NCBI GenBank assembly: GCA_964187785.1 | Contig: OZ076409.1 | Coordinates: 39,682,001-39,742,000 of the forward strand | Reading direction: 5' to 3' | Source: Amphiscolops sp. MND2022 | Taxonomy: Eukaryota | Length of the DNA stretch: 60,000 bases | Part shown: in pieces, positions 23,618 to 33,380 of the stretch | Layout of the letters: each line of letters begins with the position of its first letter | How positions within the stretch are numbered: position 1 is the stretch's first letter | Notes under the pieces: model-generated | Told to the model about the DNA's origin: nothing | The model's database searches: none | Seen by the model: only the letters and a program-made list of their open reading frames with translations | Made by a program: the position numbers and the translations under genes

Positions 23618-26600
23618 TTAATCTAAATCTAAAATATCTAGTTCAAGGGGGATTGAGCGGATTCCCGTAATGGCAGCAACAAGAGGACAGCGTTTTGGGT
23701 GCAAAGATGGATCTACCATCTTTGCCGGCAAGAGAGTTCTTCCCTTGCCTTTAACATGGGTAACCATCATTGCAGGTTTTGACTCGAGTTCTAGTAGATC
23801 CGTTGTCGTCATTACTTCCTCGTAGCTTTTCGTGTAGGGGTCAACAGCGATGGGCACATGCTCTGGAACAGTAAGAGCCTTACTGGGGTCAGTATTCTTC
23901 TCGGGATGCTCTCTCAAATAACTGCGGCTGCTGCTTGGTGGCTCACGCAGTGTCACTGAAGCTCTTTTTTGGCCCAGTACGATGTGAAGTCTTTCAGGAC
24001 TGAAATCGGGTAGCACCTGTAAAACGTAAAAATCAAACTTTAAACCTGGAGAGCAAACTTTCAATTGAAAAATCCGAAATATTTTTGGTATAGTTCTTGT
24101 TTATTGACTTAGAAGCACAAAATTTCACTCAGTTGTGTTTTACTTGCATGTATATCAGTCAGACATGAATGTAGAGGATGATCAATTGAAAAAAGCAAGA
24201 CTTGTTCATAAACATAAGTTTTTGAATTAGAAAATGACCCTCGATTGGAACCAAAATGGAAATGATTGAAAATGGAAAATTGAAGTTTTGTGACCAAACA
24301 AGAGTGAAGGCTTAACAATCTTACTTCACGGGCGGCGTGTTCATTGTATAGTGATTGCACTGTGCTGTACATCGACACCAGGCGTCGACAGAGTCGAGGG
24401 CACAGCTTTTCGGCAATACGGTACATCAGAAGTACCAACATCTCTGGAAGATCAGGGAACTTGTCATCGGATCTTCTCGGGAACTCGACGATGATTGAGT
24501 GTCTTATCATGGGCAGGTGCCCGAACGCCAGGAAGTTCGTTCCCAACGAAATGGCATTGCCTTTCGTAAGTACAAAGTGGAGGAAATTTGCGGGCATGAC
24601 TAGAACATCTCCAGCTGTGACATGCAACCGCAAACATCCCTCTTCCAGCTGGTCGATGTTCCCGAAGAATGTTGGCCTGAAAATAAAAGTACATCGAAGT
24701 TGCTTTTCTAATTTTTTGACATCAATAGAAGTAAACTAGAAAAAAGTTTAAATATTTGAAAAGAGACGTTAAATGCTTGCTTGTTGTTTTCCATCACCAA
24801 AAAATGTTAGTCAAAAAGTATAATTGTTTGTTTTTGAAAATAGAACAGTGTTCTTGAAGACAATAAAGTTGGTGTATTAGTTAAGTTTTGTTACTTACGT
24901 AGTGTCGTTCTCAGCATTCGACCATCTTTCAAAATTACTGAGGTTTTTCTTCGACGGTTTCACCAAGAAGAAAATCTTCTCTCCAGTTAGAACTGTGTAA
25001 AACACAGACGTCGAAGAATAATCCTGATGCCACGTCGTGTGCGCAGAATCTTGAGTGACCAGGACATAATAGGGAGTAGAACAAGAGTAATGCTCGGTTC
25101 TCGACTTCCCGATCTCCCTGTCGGCCAAATGGTTGATGGAGTTGTCAGCCACCATCTTGGGTACTGAGTATATGGCCTTGGGGAGTGTCCTGACATCGAT
25201 GACGTTTAGAGGGTAATACCGACTGCCTGGATGACAGTTGGCCAGCTCCACGAAAAACTCGTCATACGCGTGTCTGCAAAAAAACATCTATTAAATGATG
25301 CTAGGCAAGGTTCTAATTCATGTTATCAACAGTATACTTGTCACAGGTAGATCGGACCTGGATTGGTACCAAAACGAACTCGACATAACTGTCCCAGTTT
25401 CCACGGATTTTCAGTATAATTTGACTTGCTCAAAGAAAGCATTGCGGAAAGCAAGACCATATCTTTAAACACATGGCGTGGAAACCACATACAAATCCTA
25501 ATACATTGCGAACTTTCACTCAAAGGGGTATACACATTATTGCGCGTTACCATGAATGTCCTAGATTCCACGGTTTTAAGTTTGAATTGACTTACTCAAA
25601 GAATGCAATGCGGAAAACAAGACCATATCTTTAAACACATGGCGTGGAAACCAAATACAAATCTTAATACATTGCGAACTTTCACTCAAAGGGGTATACA
25701 CATCATTGCGCGTTACCAGGAATGTCCTAGTTTCCACGGTTTTAAGTTTGAATTGACTTACTCAAAGAATGCAATGCGGAAAACAAGACCATATCTTTAA
25801 ACACACGGCGTGGAAACCAGATACAAATCCTAATACATTGCAGAACCTCACTTGAAGGGGTATACCCATGGTTTGTGTTTTGGAACAACTAAATTCGGTT
25901 TTACTAAATGCTAAACATGGTTCAAACGAGTAAAAAGTGTTTTTTACCTCTCCGATTCTGGCTGACTTGACTTCAATTGGAGCATCAGGTTCAGCAAGGT
26001 TGACCGGTCGCAGAAGCCGTTTGATCTCCGCGACAAAGCCTTTTTTTCGCGGAGAATTTTGGGATTTTCAGTCCTGTGCAATGCTTGGCTCCATTTCTCC
26101 AAATCAAGGGGACACCATGTCGAAGAAAGTGACCAAGGTGTTCGGTTTGATTGTCATGGGGACCCTGCCACTCAGCGTAGGAAAATTGACATTCCAGAGG
26201 CACGTTTTCGCAAAATGCGAAGTGCTCTTGGGTGCCAAATGGGGCCGCTGGAGTCCCAGAATTGAATGTCAAATCAAGTGGCATCGGTGGTTGGGCAATT
26301 TGACATTTGACTGATCTCGCAATGTGGTTCCTTAGGCTGTAGCCGTACCCGAATGAGGTCCCACACGAAATGCAGAAATGACGGCTTCTTTTTTTTCCTC
26401 TCGCAGCTTCTGTAATTTCAAAGACAATTTATCAAATGAATGTCCAAAATTTTTTCTCATGAATTTCATTCATGGTATGACCCATGATTGGAACCAAAAA
26501 TCTTCCAAGATTTCATGAATGCTTTCATAGTATGACCCATGATTGGAACCAAAAATCTTCCAAAGATTTTATGAATGCTTTCATGGTATGACCCATGATT

Positions 26601-28030
26601 GGAACCAAAATCCTTCCCGAAAATTTGTGTTTTTAGACCTTCCCTTTCACATCAGAAAAACATTGCCCTTCTTTTTCTATTGCATACGGTAATCGGTTCA
26701 AGACCGTAAAATATTTCAAAACAAGAAAAAAAATTCTGGAAACAATCTTAACACTAACGGTATTGGTACATCCTGACTTCTTCTCCAGCAGCAATCTTTT
26801 CTTGTTGCTTCGTGCAATATTTGGCTCTTCTTTGATGGCGCTCTTTACTTTTTTTGGTCGTGAAAATCTGACCACATTTCTCGCACGTCAAATTCTGGGC
26901 AACTTGTTCCTGCTTGCTGACACTTTTGCATCCGGGAAGATGACGGGTTAAGTGCCATTTTCTTCCAGCAACGTAGTCGCAATTCGAACACGGGAAACCT
27001 AAACATAGCCTTTTGAATTATACGAGATGAAGAAGTCAAATAAAAAACCAACCTATACATACAATATACATACCAAAATCAGATTGTTTTCCACGAGTTA
27101 CAAAAATGATAGGTTTCATTTAGATTGCTCGAAACTTTGAAAAATGGTAGACATGATATATTGATCCACGTGATGTTTGATTTGTCAAACTATTTATCAT
27201 TTCAATTTCAATATCAAAAAATGGAGATTGTCGCTTGTCAATTGGAATTGTCAAAACGAGTACAAGAACGAGTAAATGGAAGTCTTACGTTTTTTAGGTG
27301 GCGGAGTTGTATCTCGAAATTCGTCACAGAGTTGTCGTTTTCGGTTTTCTGGCAAACCAGGGCAAGTGCGGGCATGAACAGCAAGGGCTTCTCGAGTGGG
27401 GGCATAATGGTCGCAAGCACCGATTGTGCAGAGATGACCTGAGTAATGAAACAACGATGAAAATATATACAAAAAATGTGAATATATTCAAAAATTATTT
27501 TTTGAACACCGCTGTTCATACAGCCTCAAAATTTCAATACAAATAAATCCAAATAAAGTAAAGAAACGTTCATCAAAACTTCAAACATTTTTCATCTTCG
27601 CAGTTGAATTTACCCGTTTCAGCAGTTTGATAGTTTTTGACCTTTTTCACTGATAGTCAAGAAAAAGTAACGCAGGAATTAACGACTTACCAAGGAACAG
27701 TTCTGATGATGAGTCAGATGAGTCCATGCGGGATCTAAAGTTCTGCGAAGTGCTGGGTCCGCTGGGTCCGGGGGCTTGCTCAGAAGTACTTTGCTCAGAA
27801 GCAGCTGTTTTCTTCGATTTCGGCTGTAACAACTTGAAAATGTGAATAAAAGGTCCAAAATATCAAGTGCAAATAACATGAAATTTAAATTAGTTCAAAT
27901 AACGAAGACAAAATTGTTTACGAGAAAGTTTGGATCTTTCCGTCTCATCCCCCCATCGATTTAAGTCCCCCAGTTATTATTAAATAAAAGTTTTATAAAT
28001 TACCTTTAAAAAAATATTAAAGTATCTCAT
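23618..28030 (-). CDS. Spliced ~716-aa protein: four C2HC zinc fingers + KDM2/KDM7-type JmjC histone demethylase domain
   Basis: Phase-compatible GT-AG exons: 28030-28004 (tentative), 27823-27691, 27438-27289, 26998-26759, 26409-25948 (one extra base in T7 run 26041-26047), 25287-24899, 24676-24325, 24016-23618. JmjC motifs TTWHQDYSSTSVFYTVLTGEKIFFLV and AGDVLVMPANFLHFVLT..SLGTNFL with intact H-x-D...H. Fingers CTIGAC..HARTC, CSNC..HLPGC, CEKC..HQRRAKYC, CISC..HIARSVKC. Confidence 0.85.
25390..25870 (+). repeat. 166-bp repeat array 4 (~3 units) in a JmjC gene intron
   Basis: Unit starts at 25423, 25589 and 25755 (exact 166-bp period). Confidence 0.92.
26465..26620 (+). repeat. 3 x ~55-bp tandem repeat in a JmjC gene intron
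   Basis: tcatggtatgacccatgattggaaccaaaa-type units with GATTGG at 26486, 26541 and 26597. Confidence 0.9.
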
Positions 28031-28394
28031 TAAACATACAATTTTTTTGGAAAAGAATCTGCGTAAAACAATTTGAAAGTTATCAGGACACTGTTTGAAA
28101 AACTGCCCTAAACTTTGAACCAGAATCTGCTTCTCAATTGTAAAATCAATTACAGTAGGGGGCTTTTATAACGACCCAAAGGGGCAGTTGATTTTAAACT
28201 GATAATTTCCTGATAAAATCCAAAAACAGTTTCTTGGAATTTGGGATTAAAATTGAAACAAGTAGAAGCCAAGACGCAATGAATAGCTAACTTTAATTTC
28301 GACGCTCTGAATACTTTTGTTTATTCCAATCTTGGAACCAATCTTTGAAAAAAATCCATAAGCAAAATCAATACAAAGACACTTTAGTGAATTC

Positions 28395-28556
28395 CCAAAT
28401 AACATAAGAGCAAATATCATAAAACGAAATTAGTTTCAAATGACAAAAATGAAATGAGTTTGACATTATAAAATAAAATTGTTTACGAGAAAGTTTCATT
28501 TTCATGTTATTTGAACCTAATTTTGTTTTTATGCTATTTGCTCTTATGTTATTTGG
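28395..28556. repeat. ~160-bp imperfect palindrome (foldback/MITE-like)
   Basis: ccaaataacataagagcaaata...aaatgaaa pairs with tttcattttc...tatttgctcttatgttatttgg; partial relative at ~27856-27930. Confidence 0.8.
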
Positions 28557-28822
28557 TACCTAATCGACAATTTTTCAACCAAAAATTTATTTCCGAAAAC
28601 GAAAAAATCAATTTACCATTATGATTGGCTTCGGGTTATATCCGTTGATTGGCTGAGGGTAGTATCGGCTGCTGGATGTCTGCAAAACTTTGAGTTGTTG
28701 AGAGAATCAAAGAGAGATTCAATGGGAGATTCTGGCTTGTTAATCAGTTAACAGTCCGAACGGTGAGAAAACAAGTTTGACAATGAAAACTGCCGGTCAG
28801 TTAGCAATCGGTCAGTTGCTGT

Positions 28823-28988
28823 GATACGCGCCGCTGATACGAGCCGCTGATTAGCCAATAGGAATCACCCACAGTTGGAACAGTCATCAGTTTGGTACGA
28901 GTTGCTGATACGCGCCGCTGATTAGCAAGGAAATTACTCACGATTGTAACAGTAATGATTTTGATACGAGCCGCTGATACGCGACGCT
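28823..28988 (+). repeat. Five copies of a GC-rich 13-mer gatacg(c/a)g(c/a)cgct
   Basis: Copies at 28823, 28836, 28907, 28963 and 28976. Confidence 0.85.
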
Positions 28989-29854
28989 GGTGAGCTTTCA
29001 AGCGATGACCGATAAGGCAATAACAATCATATCTGTTCTAATATTGTTGACAAGCAATAAGTTTAAAAGCAAATAGAAAGCAGTTTCTCGATGACCGTGT
29101 AAATTCGAGAATGTTCTAGAAAATATTCGAAAAAAAATATTCGAATACGAAAAATCTTAATCTTTTGCTGTTTATTCTTCGCCTCGAATCTTGATAAAAT
29201 TCAGTACGAATTTGGCCTCTAAACCTGAAGCATAATACATCATTGGTTGCTTTCATTTTCACGCCCGAAACGATCAATAGAAACCGAAAATCTATAGTTA
29301 ACGATTTCAAATATCGTTCAAATAGATATCATTTTGATTAATTTTGCTCAGATTCGACCCATGATTGGAACCAAAATCTCCCCATTTCTCCACTCTAATT
29401 ATTCAAATAAATTTTTCATTTTCCAGTATAATTTATTTCAGTATAAATGTAGTATTTCACTCTTGTGTATCACTATAGTATAAAAATATTCCAGTATAGT
29501 ATAGTGAACATTATAGTTAAGTATAGTACAAGTAACCTGAATCTTTTCAATTGCATTCTAATTGACTATTTTAATCAAATTTTTATTTTTATTTATCTAA
29601 GCAGCTTTACGATTCGACCCACGATTGGAACCAAAATCCCCCGAATTCCACGAAGATTTTAAAATTTCATTAAAATAATTTATTCCAGTTGGTATAAATG
29701 TATTTCACTTTTGTATATCACTATGTACAATCAGTATAAGTATTTTGCACTTTGGTAAAGTGTTGAAAGAAATTTTCCTTTTTCGTTTTTTTTAAAATTC
29801 ATTTTCAAATTTCATTTTTTCAAATTCAAATGCAGTCTGTATAATTGTAGTACG

Positions 29855-29881
29855 ATAGTATAGTAGTATAGTATAGTATAG
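29855..29881 (+). repeat. (tagta)n microsatellite
   Basis: atagtatagtagtatagtatagtatag. Confidence 0.7.
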
Positions 29882-30270
29882 ATGAAAGGAAGAGAAGCCG
29901 ACAGTTTTACGGAAAGAGAGACATTGATTTTCACTTGTTTGTGGAAATTGACTTTGTATTTACTCTCCGGCTTATTAAATTTGATTTCAGCTAATTAAAA
30001 TGTAAGTGGAAAGTAAGACGCTGAAATTTGCAGCCATCTGATTGGTTGTAATGCACTTTGTGGAATCCAAGACACGAATTTGGCGGCATCTTGTCGGCAT
30101 TTGTCGGCATATTTTTGGTCCCAGTTTCCGCAAAATGAAACCGGCTAACGTATTAACCCATGCCCTCGGATTCCGAAAAACACCGATTTTCGTGGCGTGG
30201 ATTCCGCAAAATCAGTGCTAAATTGCCAATTTTGCACGCTTTAAGACATGTCTGCGGAATCGGAGGGCCT

Positions 30271-33200
30271 ACACGCACAGAAATGTGTCTGTAGCGATTT
30301 AGCTTGCAGATGCACAGTAATGCGAGGTCTTGGAATGGACAGAACAAAGACTGTCACAGATGTTGGCAGTCAAAGAGCAACAGCACAACCAGAAGTGAAA
30401 TTCGCCTCATCGAAGCCGTCGATCACTCTCAGTGCAGACGCGAATCGGTTACCGCCTGCGTTTGGAGGAATGCAGAGTGGTGCATTGCAAGTACCACAAC
30501 TTGCGAACACACAAAAACAGTATTTGCCCAGTCAAGGACCAAACTTTTCCTCAAATGCAAAAGATGACTACTACATCAGATCTAGCTTGCCAAAACTGAA
30601 GTTGGCAGATTTCTCAGGTGACCCAATGGAGTGGCCAGAGTGGTCACAACTATTCCAAGCAACCGTCCATGCAGCGAACATTGACGACAGTGTAAAAATG
30701 AATCACCTGAAAACAATGGTCACGGGCAAGGCGAAAGAGGCTATTGCTGGTCTAGGGTACACTGCTGAGATGTACAATCTGGCGTGGAAAGTTCTAGTTC
30801 GATACTTTGGAAAACCTCAAATGGTTGTGAACGTCCAGTTGAAGCGAATCTATTCCTTCCCTCCGATGAAACCTTACGATGGAACCACATTGATCAAGTT
30901 TGCGAGAATAGTGTCGAGTTGCGTGAAAGTTTTGACACAATTCAACTACGTGGGAGACCTAAACTTAAAAGGAGTTCTGGGCAGTGCCACAAGGAAGTTA
31001 ACACTGGACATGAAAACGAAGTGGCTCACTTATGTCAAGCAAATGAACCTGTATCAACCGGGACTCGCTGTGTTCAGTGAATGGCTAAATGATATAGCGG
31101 ATATTCAGGATGAATTGCTTTTGTATTCGAATCCAAAAGCTGATCGCGCGAAGACGAGCTACAAGGAAAAGGCCGAAGGCTCTACGTTTGCAACATCAGC
31201 AACAAACAGGGCAAATGACAACTCGAAAAACCAGAGAGAGTGTGTGTTGAAAGACGGCAAACACCCAATTTGGAAATGCGAAAAGTTCAAAAAAATGAAC
31301 GTCGAAGAAAGAGGACAAAAGGCGAAAGAACTGAAGTCGTGCTTCAAATGCTTGTCAGATGCACATCAGATGAGAACTTGCTCTGGTAGACTCTGTGACG
31401 TCAATGGTTGTGGAAAACCCCATCACAGATTGCTACACAGACCTTACAACGTGGAACAAAAGAAAAGCGTTGAAAATGTCGACGAGGTTTCAAACCTGTC
31501 CTCAATGAGAAGCAGTGGCGTGCTTCCCGTCATTCCAGTAACGATAGGGAGTGGGCGCAAAACTCTGAAAACGTTCGCTTTGTGCGACTCAGGAGCAAGC
31601 CTGTCCTTTGTGGACGAGAGCCTGATGATAACGCTAAATCTGATGGGACAGCCAGTGGATATGAACGTTGCAGGGATTCATGAAACGTCAGATATTAGTA
31701 GTAAACGACTTCGAGTCAAGATTGGAGATCACGACGGAAAGGTCAAAGAAGATAATATGGCATATAGTCATCCCAACGTGATTGCAGGAAATCGAACGTA
31801 CAACTTCAAGAAATTGAAAAGAAACATATCCTCACCTGTCAGTTTTGAAAGACTCAACCATCAACCTGAAAGATGTCAAAGTCATCTTAGGCCAAGATTG
31901 TTATCATCTGCATAGAGCAACTGACTATAGAAAGTGTGGAAACGCAAAGCCGTGGGCAGTGCGAACCAAGCTGGGATGGATGCTCAGTGGACCCTTGCCT
32001 CAACAAGAAAGTGCGAAACTCGCAACTGAAAAGTTGTTCGCAGCAGAACTGGACTCATTAGCGGGGCAAATGGAAACCCAGTAGACCATGGGATTGTATG
32101 CCCTGAACTGCAGTGTATCCGGGAGGTTGGAGGCAAATAAGAAGAGCTCACGGGACATTTTCGTAGTAGAACGCAACTGGCAGGAAGTCAACACTAAAAC
32201 CCTCCTCGTAGAAATCAAGCAAGTCTGGCAAGAAGAAATGCAACTTGTTGCAAGTGATCATAATATTGTCAAACAAGAAAAGAACAAGGAGTTTTCACTT
32301 ACAGAAGAAAAGAACGAACATGAACGTGTCGCAATTACATCAAACTTTCGAACCTCGGAAAAATTTTGTGTAACGCTTGACTTGCTGAAATAGAGTATAG
32401 GTGTCGCATCTGTAAAACAGCTTGTCAAAGAAAAGTATTCAACGCAATTGCAAGCAACGAATGTTACTGTCAACACTCTAACACTTTAAGAAGTAAAAAG
32501 GTGTTCTCAATTGGAGAGAGATATTGAATTCGTGAATAAGAGCCAAATTGAACTTCATGAAGTCCCAAGAGGCAAAGCGATAAATCGAAGACCCTTTGGT
32601 GGTTTGTTGAAGCCAGACCAACCGACTGAAGAAAACGCGAGTAATGAAAGAAAAGCCTTAAATGTGTCACTTGGGAGAAAACATGACGTTGGCTTGAATG
32701 AAAAACTGCTGGACAAAATCATTCCAAACGACAGGGTAAATTGTAACAATTGGTTAGGTAATGGAAATTCGGGAATGGATGCAGTGGCACAAGCTAATGC
32801 GTATACCCAACTGAGAAATAGCCATCCCAAGCAATTCGAGAAACGAGCTTGGAAATTTGAACATAGCTCACACCTATTAGATGAAATGGACGAAGGGGAT
32901 CCGCTGAATCAAGATGGCATACTAGAAGCAAAAAATTCGACAGATGAATTTGCAGGCGAAATATCACTGATGGAAACGCCAATGGGTTCTTCAAAAGCCC
33001 GAACAACAACAGGCTGTAAAATTGGACCTTGCATAGGGCCGGCTGTATCATGGGAAGAAATGATGTTGCAACTTCAATTCTTTGGAAAATGCAATTAAGA
33101 GGAAATTAGACAACTTGAAGTCAATGATTTGGTTTGGATAGTGGATGAGAATGTGAAAAGAGCGCACTACAAGATGAGTAGAGTGTTGGAAGTCTATCAT

Positions 33201-33380
33201 GGAGGTGATGGGCGAGTGAGATCAGTGCTGGTGAAAACTGAAGATGGAAAACTCAAAAGACCAGTAGTGAAACTGGCACCCATGTTCTACGAAAGTGTTT
33301 TTCGGGAGAAAAACAGGGCCGGCAATGTTGGCGCCATACAATTGCGAGATCAGAAACTCGAATTTGAACGTGACTGATGA
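30271..33380 (+). mobile_element. Internally deleted, 5'-truncated Bel/Pao LTR retrotransposon (gag, protease, pol C-terminus; RT/RNaseH/integrase core missing)
   Basis: LPKLKLADFSGDPMEWPEW gag; Pao Cys-His cluster C..KHPIWKC..CFKCLSDAH..C..CDVNGCGKPHHRLLH; ALCDSGAS protease; WAVRTKLGW; GGDGRVRSVLVKT..LKRPVVKLAP; purine-rich tract then TGTTGG (probable 3' LTR start) at 33326. Confidence 0.85.

Larger units (their letters stand above)
12789..30270. mobile_element. Putative giant DNA transposon carrying a RAG1-like transposase plus SET, Tudor-like and JmjC genes
   Basis: Four compact genes share private non-coding repeats (166-bp unit, GATTGGWACCAAAA motif) not seen elsewhere in the window; central DDE transposase; block embedded among TEs and abutting a 5'-truncated Pao gag; termini and TSD not demonstrated. 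Confidence 0.65.

Noticed and set aside
14283..25800. Recurrent short ORFs (MESRTFMVTRNN..., MQCGKQDHIFKH...) as a small-protein family
   Set aside because: They are chance translations of the 166-bp repeat on both strands and lie in introns and spacers.
12789..30270. Endogenous virus or Polinton/Maverick interpretation
   Set aside because: No recognisable capsid, packaging ATPase, pPolB or retroviral-type integrase; the missing left part beyond the gap cannot be assessed.
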